From Marsupella aquatica (lineage: Eukaryota > Plantae > Marchantiophyta), in contig OZ316896.1 of assembly GCA_973895155.1 (NCBI GenBank), forward strand, positions 496,001 to 560,000: 64,000 bases of DNA. Direction: 5' to 3'. Position numbers and translations under genes: made by a program. Below, piece by piece: positions 1 through 11,700 of the stretch; the stretch's first letter is position 1; each line of letters begins with the position of its first letter. The notes beneath the pieces were generated by a model that did no database searches, was not told the origin of the DNA, and saw only the letters and a list, made by a program, of their open reading frames with translations.

Positions 1-1
1 C

Positions 2-2644
2 GTGTGGGGTCCATCCCCGACTCCCTCACACTCTGGAAAGTTATACTATGTATCATTTATTGATGATTACTCAAGATTTGTGTGGATTTATTTCATGACG
101 CATAAGTCTGATGTCTTGTCCATTTTTAAGAAGTGGAAGGCCCAGGTGGAGAATCAGACTGGAAACACGATCAAGTGTTTGGATACAAGGGTGAAGAGTC
201 TGAGGTCAGACAACGGCGGGGAGTACGCTTCAATGGAATTTGAAGAGTACTGTTCAGAACAGGGGATAACTCGCCATCTCACCACAGTTTATACTCCACA
301 GCATAATGGTGTCGCTGAGAGGCTCAATCGGACACTGTTGGAGCGGTCACAGAGTATGTTGAGCCAATCAGGTTTACCACAAGAATTTTGGGCAGAAGCT
401 GTCAATACCGCAGCTTATTTGGTAAATCTTTCTCCTTCTAGTGCTATCAATTTCAAAACGCCGTTTGAGATGCGCTATAAGCGGCAAGCAGACTATCATG
501 GCTTGGTAATTTTTGGAAGTGATGCATATGCTCTCACACCAAAGCAGAATAGGACCAAGTTGGATCCTACCTCCAGGAAATGTGTTTTTCTTGGGTACCA
601 GAGTGGTGTGAAAGCCTATAGGCTATGGGATCCTATTGCCTGTAAGCTCGTTGTCAGTAGGGATGTTTCCTTCAATGAATCCAGATTATTGAAGGAGGGG
701 GAGAATACTCAGGTCTCCCGTACTGACAAAGGAAAATCTCCTATCCCGGATCTCGTTGAGGGGGAGATTGGTTATGAGGTGCATGACCGGAGAGAAGGAG
801 TTGCTCCAATTATGGAGCTGGTTCCTGTGCCAGAGGAACCAGAGGAGTTTGTTGATGCTGGTGAGCAGCAAGTGGATGCTGTTGAGCTTCAAATTGTACC
901 AGCACACGCAGATCAACCGGAGTCATCGGCTAGAAGAACATCTGGTCGCACTGTACGCGCTCCATCAAGGTATGGACAGTGGGTTGATTCATCTCAACTG
1001 CAAGAGGATGATTTTACAGCTGATGATGAGGGTGATGCGTTAATTTTGGAAGAAGGAGAACCTTCTTCATTTCATGAGGCAAGTGCTTCAAAGGAGAAGC
1101 AGAAGTGGACTGCAGCAATGCAAACAGAGATGCAGTCACTAAAGGACAACAAAACTTGGGAGCTTGTTAAGCTGCCTAAGGGTCAGCAAGTGGTGGACAG
1201 CAAGTGGATTTACAAGCTGAAGGATAATTCCATAGGAGGTGGATCGAAGGTCTACAAGGCTAGATTGGTAGCAAAGGGATTCACACAAGAGGAAGGTGTG
1301 GATTACAATGAGGTCTTCTCACCAGTTGCTAATTACTCTACAATACGACTATTGTGTGTACTTGTTGTAATGTTTGGTCTGCTCCTAGATCAGATGGATG
1401 TTGTCACAGCTTTCCTCTATGGCACATTGGAAGAGGTGATCTTCATGAGACAACCGCTAGGTTTTGTGAAGAGAGGACAGGAGGAATTGGTTTGCAGATT
1501 GCTGAAATCCTTGTATGGGTTGAAGCAGTCACCAAGACAGTGGAACAAGCGGTTTGACGATTGGATTCGGTCACAAGGTTTTCACAGAAGTGTATTTGAC
1601 CCTTGTGTGTATTTGAAACCGGTGAAGAATGTTGTCTTTGGGTTCATTGTTTTAGTACTTTATGTGGATGACATGCTAATTGCAGCCAAGGATAGGTCTG
1701 AGATTGTTAAGCTCAAGGCACTGCTTAGTGCAGAGTTTAAGATGAAGGACTTAGGGCCAGCTAAGAGGATTTTGGGTATGGAGATCACTAGGGACTTGGA
1801 GGCTGGCAAGCTATGGTTGACGCAAAGCAGTTATGCGAGGAAGGTAATTGCAAGGTTCAACATGGAGAATAGCAAGCCAGTAAGTACCCCGTTGGCTCCA
1901 CACTTCAAGTTATCATCAGCGTTCTGTCCTACGGATGACACAGAGAAGGGGTTGATGTCAAAGGTTCCATATGACAAGGCAGTGGGGAGTCTCATGTATT
2001 TGATGACTTGCACTAGACCTGATCTTGCCATGGCTATGGGCAAGGTGAGCAGGTACATGTCGAATCCAGGGAAGGTACACTGGGAAGCAGTGAAGTGGAT
2101 TATCAGGTACTTGAAGGGTACCGTGGATCATGGTCTTTTATTTGATGCGAATGCAAAGAATGCTAGATCATTGATTGGCTATGTAGATTCTGACTATGGA
2201 CAAGATTTGGACCGAAGGAGATCAACAACAGGATACGTGTTCACACTTGGCGGTGGATGCATAAGTTGGAGGTCTACTTTGCAGAAGTGTATTGCTCAGT
2301 CTACTACAGAAGCGGAGTATGTTGCAGCTGCGGAAGCAGCAAAGGAAGCGATTTGGTTGGATAGACTTATCACTGAAATGGGATTGCCACAGGGGAATGT
2401 GAAGCTCCATTGTGATAGTCAAAGTGCGCTCCACCTTGCTGTGAACCAGGTGATGGACAGCAGAGTGAAGCACATTGACGTCAGGTACCATTTTATCAGG
2501 CAGGCTGTGTCTGATAATTTGTTTGAGCTAGTCAAGATTGATGGTAAACTCAACCCGGCTGACGCATTTACCAAAGTGATTCCTTTGGAGAGTTTCTCTA
2601 GACACCGTGACGTATTGCAGGTTTTGCAATTGCATCACAAGTAG
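2..2644 (+). CDS. Copia pol polyprotein (integrase, reverse transcriptase, RNase H), 5'-partial
   Basis: 880 codons with no stop. Integrase motifs FIDDYSR, LRSDNGGEY, PQHNGVAER; RT motifs YKARLVAKG, QMDVVTAFLYG, KSLYGLKQSPRQW, LYVDDML; RNase H motifs GYVDSD, STTEAEY, CDSQSA, KHIDVRYHFIR, NPADAFTK. Confidence 0.97.
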   Translation: MWGPSPTPSHSGKLYYVSFIDDYSRFVWIYFMTHKSDVLSIFKKWKAQVENQTGNTIKCLDTRVKSLRSDNGGEYASMEFEEYCSEQGITRHLTTVYTPQHNGVAERLNRTLLERSQSMLSQSGLPQEFWAEAVNTAAYLVNLSPSSAINFKTPFEMRYKRQADYHGLVIFGSDAYALTPKQNRTKLDPTSRKCVFLGYQSGVKAYRLWDPIACKLVVSRDVSFNESRLLKEGENTQVSRTDKGKSPIPDLVEGEIGYEVHDRREGVAPIMELVPVPEEPEEFVDAGEQQVDAVELQIVPAHADQPESSARRTSGRTVRAPSRYGQWVDSSQLQEDDFTADDEGDALILEEGEPSSFHEASASKEKQKWTAAMQTEMQSLKDNKTWELVKLPKGQQVVDSKWIYKLKDNSIGGGSKVYKARLVAKGFTQEEGVDYNEVFSPVANYSTIRLLCVLVVMFGLLLDQMDVVTAFLYGTLEEVIFMRQPLGFVKRGQEELVCRLLKSLYGLKQSPRQWNKRFDDWIRSQGFHRSVFDPCVYLKPVKNVVFGFIVLVLYVDDMLIAAKDRSEIVKLKALLSAEFKMKDLGPAKRILGMEITRDLEAGKLWLTQSSYARKVIARFNMENSKPVSTPLAPHFKLSSAFCPTDDTEKGLMSKVPYDKAVGSLMYLMTCTRPDLAMAMGKVSRYMSNPGKVHWEAVKWIIRYLKGTVDHGLLFDANAKNARSLIGYVDSDYGQDLDRRRSTTGYVFTLGGGCISWRSTLQKCIAQSTTEAEYVAAAEAAKEAIWLDRLITEMGLPQGNVKLHCDSQSALHLAVNQVMDSRVKHIDVRYHFIRQAVSDNLFELVKIDGKLNPADAFTKVIPLESFSRHRDVLQVLQLHHK

Positions 2645-2824
2645 AGTTTTCTTAAACATTCATTGTAATTACTGATATATGCTCTTCCTCATTCCTATGT
2701 ATTAGGCTACGGCTTAGTTCTGGTTTGCTCTAGTTAGAGAGGGAAACCGGTTTGGTTTCTGTCCAGAACTTCCCACTGAGGGATCATATACATTGGCAGT
2801 ATTACTCTCCCCTAGACCAGAGTC

Positions 2825-2834
2825 AAGGGGAAGA
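2825..2834 (+). promoter_or_regulatory. Polypurine tract of the copia element
   Basis: AAGGGGAAGA lies immediately before (T)TGTTG, the LTR start. Confidence 0.85.
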
Positions 2835-2835
2835 T

Positions 2836-3310
2836 TGTTGGGTATTTACTCTTACGTCTAGGTTAGGTATGACGTGGTTGGTACAACAACGTGGGTTGGT
2901 ACAACTACGTGGTTAGGTACAACTACGTGATTAGGTACAACTATGTGGTTAGGTACAACTACGTGATTAGGTACAACTATGTGGTTAGGTACAACTACAT
3001 GATTAGGTACAACTATGTGGTTAGGTACAACTATGTGGTTAGGTACAACTAAGTTGCACACTATATCATAAGAGGCATGTGTGCTTGGAGAGGTAGAACC
3101 AAGGCTCATTGTTATGGAGCCACTTGAGAGATAGGGAGAGCTTACACTGTGGAGACTCGGTATAGCCGACGGGCTTAGAGTTCAGTAAAGCTCTCTTGTG
3201 TGTTCCCGTGGACGTAGCCTCAAGGAGGTGAACCACGTATCTCTTGTGTCGACTATTGTGCATTGGATGGTTCATGGGCTTGCCGTTGCGATCGTCGTCT
3301 ATGCTCAACA
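2836..3310 (+). repeat. 3' LTR (475 bp)
   Basis: Begins TGTTG and ends CAACA, follows the PPT, and has a TATA-like CTATAT near 3061. Confidence 0.88.
2872..3052 (+). repeat. 18-bp tandem repeat array (~10 units) inside the LTR U3
   Basis: Unit GTGGTTAGGTACAACTA(T/C). It appears as (VVPNHI)n in the spurious minus-strand ORF. Confidence 0.92.
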
Positions 3311-3551
3311 GTTTACTTCACCAGAACCTATGTACACAAGAGCACACAAGAGGATTTTAGTGAACTCTAAGCCCATCACACACCAAGTCTCCTCCGACTA
3401 AACTCTACAACAATGAGCCTAAGTTCCAGTCATTCACTAAGTCATGCTAGTGAATATATAAGTAGCACATGTCAACGTAACCATGCACCTGACTACGGCT
3501 TGACAACTACGCCGGTGACAGTAATTTTAGACGTAAGAGTAAATGCTGACG
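3311..3551 (-). mobile_element. Older, diverged LTR relic of a related copia family, in opposite orientation and interrupted by the intact element
   Basis: The reverse complement matches the adjacent LTR: ATTTACTCTTACGTCTA (2844-2860 vs 3528-3544), AGGCTCATTGTT, and GGGCTTAGAGTTCA...CTCTTGTGTG. Confidence 0.8.
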
Positions 3552-5702
3552 GATTGCACCCGAAGTCTCAGTGTGTCCACTCACATGGAGCACCCCAGAG
3601 TCTCGCTCCGTGTGAGTGGGCACACTGTCGAATGAACATTGATGAGAAATTTTTGCAAAAGCAAAGATTGTACAATTCCTGCCATCCACACAGTTTAGCG
3701 AGACTTGGCAGGGACCACTACTGCAAGCCCCAACTCACCAGTTCTGGCATGTTGGAGGCACCAACTCGCAGGCCCAGCCGGGGTTAAAATTTTCAGGGTC
3801 TGCTGGGGATTGAAATAGAGCTGTGGCAAACACCTCTCACTAAAGTGTTGCTGGCTGTGCATTTCCCGCTGCAGGTGGGATGCTGTTTTTGCATGCATCT
3901 CCAAGAGTGCTATGTGACCAGCCTGGGAAAGGTTGTGATGCTGGGTGTGCTGTTTGGGGATGCATCACAACCTTATATCGAGCTTCACTACCTTCCCCAA
4001 GCTCATGACCGACACCCAGATTCTTTGTTACCGAAAGTCTTGAAAAATACGAGAGTACATTGGCCTCAATGCAGTTTCTGGTTGGTTGGTAGAGCCGAAG
4101 GCTAGACTCATGCAAAGTACTTCAATTTTGACAACTATGGCAGCATAGTGGCAGAGCTCTCGGTGCTCCCAGGAATTTCAATCAATATTTTGTTTTGTCG
4201 GAGAGCGGGAGTGAATTAGCTGGAACGCTCTCTTTGACGTTCTCAGAGACATGCTTTGGACATTTATACGTTCTTTTTAACGTCGAAAATGTAGTTCGAT
4301 CAGAATTCAAGTCATTTAGTTGCTCTTTCAGGTTGCCATGAGTGTAACCGCCTGAATAGAGGCAACAACTGTAGCCACAACCGCGAGCTCAGAGTTGTCA
4401 ATTCCAGGTTCCCAGTATCACAACACTCGAGAGTCATCAATTCCAGACTTCAGATATCAAGACAAGGAAAAAAAATCCCTCCAATAAATTTGATACCTAA
4501 TGCCACAGGGCAACAAGGACCATTGATGTGACCATAAGCTTACAGTAACCAATTCAAGGTACTCGACAGCAAAATTGTGACATAAAACAGTACATTCCAA
4601 GCTTAAATTAGTCGTCAAGACACTGATTGTCACCACTTTGAAGGAGCCTGCTTTCAAGAAGTTTTCAGCGTTGTATGAAAAGAGCTTGGGGATGGGTGTC
4701 AAAGGAACGTGAAGTAATGTGTGTTGAGTTACAGTAATAAAATCCGCCTGAACTTCTGTTTACTGTACGTAGACTGCCTGCCTGAACCTGAGAATGGTGG
4801 TTAGGTAATTGCCAGGAATTGGCTCTTCTGATGGCATACGTATAACTCAGATGAGTTTATCTGTATTATACACCCATCAACACGTGCACATTGACTGGAA
4901 CATGCCGGTGTTGTGCGTCGTAATTTCGGTGTGCAGGGGTTTACCCTAAACATTGCACCCACGTCGAATATAATCACAAGAAATGTGCCCCGGAACCTGA
5001 TAGCTGTGAACTTTCCTTTACATCCTGTTTTTGATCCCGTGCTAGACGTCACTTGGTAGGTATGATGACCTCTTTGCCTACGGTTTTGGAGAATTCGTTC
5101 ACGCAGTGACTCAACCCAACTGAGAACCTTCTTCGAGGACGTAATCATGCACTGAATGTGATCGACCAGAGTCCAGGCCCCCTCCCCACCGCAAGAGAGC
5201 ACAAATGGTCCACTGAGGAGTTTGGTCTGAGCTCATTTTGTCATGGCCTCCATCCATTAGTTCCATGAAAAAATGCTGCCCACCATCATTCCAGTCACGG
5301 ACCTGCAATCCACCAACATTCCATGATGCTCCACACTCTGGGGCATCCGTCTCTGCACTCCCTTCATTCATGGTAATGTTCTCCGAAAAATTCTGATATT
5401 CAACACTGCTGTGCTGGCTGCCAGCCAGTGGCCTTCGGAACTTCCACGGTCACACCGAGCCAGAGCAGAGTGCGACGCAATTTGGCATCCACAAGACTAG
5501 CATAGAATAGATCGAGGCTGATAAGCCGTGGTAAGGACGCTGTGTGATGTGCTGAGTCGTACTCAATCTGCAACAGCACCCGAAAAATAAGATATTCGAG
5601 CATATACATCAACGACGAGATATGTGAAACATGACAAGGTTGTCTACTGGTGCAAGCACAGGGAGGATTAAGGTGCCTGGTTTGTACCAAGTTGGACATG
5701 CT

Positions 5703-8700
5703 TCATGTCCCTGATCCTGACTTTTGAACAGCAACCCAAACCTGCTTCTGCAATTTCAGACAATTTTAAAATTTCAGTTACGCAAAACAACGTAACAGTG
5801 GAAAGTCCAAGTTGACTCTATAGAGAATTACAAACGTGACCTTGACATATCACAAAGGGCATGAGACCAACCCACAGTAGGGGCTACAGGAACGAATTGA
5901 ATTAATAAATCGAATTATAATCCACCGGAACCACCAGGCAATGTTCACCTCGTTGCTTCCCAATGCAAGACTTCCACCGCGCTTGACTGGCTTACTCAGC
6001 TCATTAGTAACCACAGTGCCATCGTTGTCTCTAGAGGTATGTTGTCCACTTCTCTCTCGCCTCCTGTCTCCAGATCTGTGGCTCCCACCTAGGATACGAC
6101 AACATTCAATCATGGGATGAGTCTACAAGACAAGAACATCTCAATTTAAAGCAAAACCAGCTTTGAGCATATATTCATAGAGAGGGTCCTAGAATCCATC
6201 AGCAGGTAATATTTCATTCACAAGAGGAAAGAAAATAGTTCTATGGAGGAAAGTCGACCTTTCCATAATCCAATTTAATTTTGACTAATTCTCTAAGTGA
6301 AAACTAATATTACCTGTGAGCTCACTCCATTGGGGAGCATCTTGTTTCCGCTTGTCCTTGTCAGCTACAGAAGATGAGATGTGACTTTCGCCGTTTTCTC
6401 TTGTGTTGTACATAGTAACCGGGAGCGCTTTTGGATCCACTGAGAGAGTGGAATCACTTCTGTGTTCTGCGCCCTGGTTTGCAACTCCTGCGTGATCCTG
6501 GTTCGCCGCTGCAATGCTCCCAGAGAGTGCTGATCGCCCACTTCGCGCTGAGCGAATACTGCTAGATTCAACATGTCGGACCTTTCCAACTTGGGATGCA
6601 GTACCGGACTGGCTTCTTCCTCCACCGTCAGGATGTTGCTGTCCTGTCGCGCTCTCCGCGCCTTTGCTCTCCACAGCAGAGTTCTGCCCAGAAATCGATA
6701 CAGCCTTTCCAACCTGCCTGTGGAATCCTCTTTCACTCTTCTCTTCCGTTGAGACAGGTGCTGTCGCTGACACAGTAGAAGATGGATCCGTACTTGGAGC
6801 CACGTCTGAGCGTCGGCGGGGAGTCCAGACGGGTCGATCCGGTCTGTCTTTGTTCCGAACCCTTCGTGCGTCTTGTCTCTCAGATGCAGTCAAGGAATCC
6901 AGTTTCTCTTCTGCGGGACTGAAATTGCTGGACAGCGGTGCCGCTTGATCGGAGTCAGCAGAGGATGCAAGACTGGGTACTTGTTCTTTACCACTCATCC
7001 GAATGTTCTGAGGTCGGGGAGGGCGCTTTCCACCCCTCTCTGCTGGCTGTGGTGAGCCTTGTTGAGAAGACGAATCCAGAAGCAGTGTAACATGAGAAGG
7101 AGACTGCTGGTCTCTCGGTGACAGTGCCCTCCTTGATGAGTTCCTTCCAGAAATCTCTCGTCGTTGACTTTGCTTCGAAGGGGCTGCACCTGTGGACCCT
7201 TCACCAGATGTAGCAGGCTGAGGCTGTGTACCGGAAGAGGTTACTCGAGGAGATACTGATGGGCGATGTCGCTGATTAAAACCCCCACTGACAGACACTT
7301 GACCTGGACTTGTCGGCCCCCCTTCCTGTCAAGCAAATTTCAAACCTGTTAGAAAGGACATTCAGAATAATGTAGAGATATCTTCCAGTGAGTATTACAA
7401 TAATAAGAAAAAAACTCTACAAAATTTGATCTGTTCCAGATATTAGCCAAACCCTACCATATCCAGTTTCACAACTTGGCGGGTTGACGCAACTGCCTTA
7501 TTCTCTTTTCACTTCAGGAAAGGACTCAAATGGAAAAGCAAAAGATTTCAGGAATTTTTTTACCTATGAGGGGACTTCACAAAATAAATACAAAACAATC
7601 CTACGTTTAAAGAGTGGCACTGTTTCTAAAGTTCTCACCCTCTCGTTCTGTTTTCTCTTTCTTCATGCATCCAAAATTTCAATTGGACATTTCTAGAGTA
7701 GTATTGGTCATAGTCAAGCGGGGTAGTGTAAAATTGGGTCTCGAGCTGAGTTCTAACATGTGCATGAGTAAAAGCTAGCGCAGAGTAGGAACCTCCGATT
7801 TAGGTAAATTCTTAACCAGATCACTAGAGGAAAGGAACATCCCAATTGAACAACAGTATGAAAATCACTCACGGAGTCTTTGTGTAGCTTCTCCTTCATT
7901 ACCGGTAACTGCTTCCTTTTAAGTACTTCACGCTTTAAATCTTTGGCACCATCTCCGATCAGTGCCTCGTTGGCAAACTTCCCCGTGGCTGCCGGAGAAT
8001 GGGAACTTAACGGTTCTAGATCAACAGCAAGGCCTTCATTTGCTGCTGCTAAATCTGTAGACAGTGTTATCAGAGGAAACAAGTAACAAACTTAACACTT
8101 CAAAGCCAGGCGTATACAGCTAGATAATTCTGACAAGACTATGGAAATATCTACTGTAATTGTTCAGCAAGAATGAGTTTCCGGAACTGCGCTAGAGGAA
8201 CCTACAAATAGCAGTACTTTCCCGACAGGTGTGACGTGCTAAGGGCATCTCCACCGATAACACAGTATAATCACTCGCAAGCCGTATTTATGAATATTAG
8301 ATAAAATAATTTATTGTAGCGGTTAGGGGATACAGGCCACGGCTGAAGGTGACTTAAGAGTTTTGCTACGAGAATGATTAATTGCTTTCAATGTCTCCGA
8401 ATAATGGGCTTACCTGTCCCTGCTCTCAGAGATTCCTTCGACAAGACTGCAACGTGTACGTTCTCCTTACTGGACTCTACCAATTGAAATGTTGTGGGGT
8501 TCCCCTTCATTCCAGAAGCGCCTGCGGAAGCAGCTTCTCCATGGAGAAGCTTTCTCTCCTTGGGATCAGCAGTCTCCTTCCTTCTCCTCTCAATCACCAC
8601 TTCCCGTTCCTTGCGATGTTCCTCTCGGCGCTGTCCTCCCGAGTGATCTCGGGCTTGCACCTCCTTAAAATCCTTTTGCATTAACTAGACCATCAATAAG

Positions 8701-11700
8701 ACGAAATTCCCACTTCAAACGGACGGCCTGGCATATAAACATTAAGGAGGTTCTGCAAGATACTACCCTCTGAGTACATCTAGAATGCAAATCTTGTGTA
8801 GCTTATAACTCCAAGGCAGGCAGACAACAGAAACCTGAACGACGAGCAAACACCCAAACGTGAAAGTAAGGTATCACCCCAATGACCCCAAAAACGTTGG
8901 CACCTAGGTGCCAAACCCCGAAGGACCAAGGTATATCCAAAAATATGTTTGGAAACTTTTCCCAAGGCCCAGTACATCTGCTATACTGAGCTAGATTGTT
9001 GGACGTCTTCTGTCACTCACCATGTGGGCGCCTGGACGCGATCTTTCGATCCTCTTATGTGACCCCGCATTTGATGTAGCGAGGGACGCTCCTCCAGATC
9101 GAGAAACGAGCTTCGAGGACAAGGACCTCTGCGTAAATAACACAATTATGAGGCATCATGTCAGTCTCTTTAGACTTTACTTCCATGGTCATCTTATATT
9201 GAACTCGGACACAGAAATAAACAATGAAAGATATTTTGAAAGATGAAAGTTCAATCAATTTTTTCCCCATGTTCAGCGCAGATACAGAACAGGGCAGGCA
9301 TAAACAGCTTTCATCCGATCCGAGAAAGAATATTAACGAACACCACAACCATAATTGTATTTGACAGAATCTTTATAGAGTGTCCTCATTTCGACAATCA
9401 GCCATGGATAGTGCAAAATGAATATGACGATGGCAAATAACAAACTTGGCAGTTCCACATGACATAAATAAAGGAGGAAAAAGTTCAAACGAATTTATAG
9501 ATCATGGCAGGACAGAATGCCATCGAGGCAGAAAGATATGACAGTACTCTCTGCCTGCGAGATGAATGACCTACCTGGGGTGCAGACTTTGCAGCTCTCC
9601 TTTGACGCACGAATTCCATCAAAGGAGTGACCACAGTTTCTTTCCCACCACCGGCACCTGATATAGAACGAAGAAAGGAACTTTCAGTTCTAATTCTCTC
9701 TTTTAAATTGAACCAATTTTTCAATTTTTATCTTATAAAGTACAAGAAAACCTATACCTCGAGAAGGCTTACACCACACCAAAAGCACTCACAAGATGTA
9801 CATCAGGCCAGGGAACGCACCTAAGGCTGCTGCCTTTTCTGCTTCTCGTCTTTCAAGTTGCACTTCTGCACTCGGAAGGTATTCCAAAGGTTTTCCCAAC
9901 ATCTCTAGGAATTCAAGATAGTCCGGATCTGTCAAAGCCAAAACATCTAGCTGGTAAGTACACTTGGGAATATACCAGATGATGTTAACAAATTACCTCC
10001 GTTCAGGTCGTGAGTAACTCCATACACAGAAGACATCGGTCAGGATAAACACTTGTCGACAATTCCCCAAGACAAAAGACTGCCAGTGAAAACACAAATA
10101 TCTCCTATGGAGACTATAATCCCAGTGTTCATTTTCCTGAAGAAATAGATATTTTGGAGCTGTTGTTTTACATTTGCAGTTCAATTCCAATGCACCCTGA
10201 CTGAAATCATAACTGAAGCAGAAATCACAACTACGACAATTGCTGCACAAATCCGCTCACAAAAAAAAAGACTTTGAACGAATATAGAACTGCTCTATCC
10301 ATAGTTGCATCTCAAAAGTGAACATGTGTATCATGACATGATATTAGTGCAACCACGAATCCAAAACCACTGCACCTAAAATAGTACACCTTTGGTGATT
10401 GTTCCTTCACGAATGTCCTTTTTGGATCTCGGCTTAGGTATTCGTTGATAAGGAGCATATTCTACCGCGACTTTATACTGCGTTCCTGCAAACAAGAGTG
10501 ACCACAAAAGAAAAGGCCTTCAGAAATACTGCAGAAATCTAGTGTGCACAAAAAAGAGCAGTGACTCTGCAAGACAGCGAAGTACATCAGAGGATTTCTA
10601 CCTTTGTCGAAGTTCTAGTTGATCCAATTACAAAATTTTACAAGTCCTCGAATCGAAGTTTCAAACTTAAAAAAGTTGTTACTTGGACTACAGACCAATT
10701 CTCCAAATCATAAAATTGACCTTCTAGGAACATCTCAGAAAATAATCCCATTTTCCAAACATTTAAATGTTTGCTTCTGTCGAGCCCACCCTTTAAGCTA
10801 TAACCGTTCCCAGCTTGAGGGAACGACCTAGGCTTTCCCACGGACACAAGGAACCAGGGAATATACCCCTTGTAGCACACTTTTCTAATCTATAGTAATG
10901 CAAAACAATCAGCCAACCTTTCTCATTGACAAATACATGTCCATCCAAGTGCTCAGAGAAGTCGTAAACATCTTCTGGCTTCTTGAAATTGACATATGCT
11001 CGAGCCGGGACTTGCCTCTTAACACTGTCAAAGCAACCACAAAAAAATATTAACAAACTAAGATAATAACTTATTGAATCACTGTATATTTTATTGAAAA
11101 TAATAAAATCCATAAGGGGATAGTAGTAGACATGTACGGTCTGTGTATCAATGTTTATATTCTCATGCTTACCATACTTAAACTCTAGCGATGACCCCTT
11201 GTAACAGAAATCCTCACTCATACGAATAGCGAAAGAAAACGAGTGAGAATTGACCGAGCGAGCCACAGTGAATAAATGATGCACTGCACGGGAAAAATTG
11301 TGGTTGGAACTCATCAACGACACTTTCTCACATCATGAAATACAATGGTAGACAATGGAATGTATCAGAACATGCTTACTTTTCCTAGACAGGAAGAATT
11401 ACAACACGCATCGGAGTTCTTATGAAGGCATATTGGAATATCTAGCAAGAACTGGATAGCAGGACTCACACCGCAAATCACATCAGCAAAAGCAAAAAGC
11501 AGACACTCGCCGTTACATAGTATTTACGTGGAACTATATACTCGAATACTCGGTGATGAAGTTCAGGAGATTAAAAAAGGACCACGAGACAGATATTAAA
11601 CTGGAAGAAGTAACACATGCACAACTGTCACGCGGTCCAGATCTTTTGGATGTTAATACAACCACATTCGAGGGAGGAAAAATTAGGGTGCAAAACCCCT

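Larger units (their letters stand above)
1..3310 (+). mobile_element. Ty1/copia LTR retrotransposon, 3' portion (runs off the left edge of the window)
   Basis: pol ORF with the copia domain order INT-RT-RNaseH, then a polypurine tract (2825-2834) and an LTR bounded by TGTTG...CAACA (2836-3310). Confidence 0.96.

Noticed and set aside
2858-3109. ORF with (VVPNHI)n repeats, and a CRISPR-like look of the array
   Set aside because: It is the translation of the 18-bp LTR tandem repeat. There are no unique spacers and the context is eukaryotic.
3413-4115. Several overlapping 60-124 aa ORFs after the LTR
   Set aside because: No recognisable motifs, and they partly overlap the LTR relic.
6365-7204. 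Alternative-frame and antisense ORFs
   Set aside because: Shadows of the large UPF3 exon.
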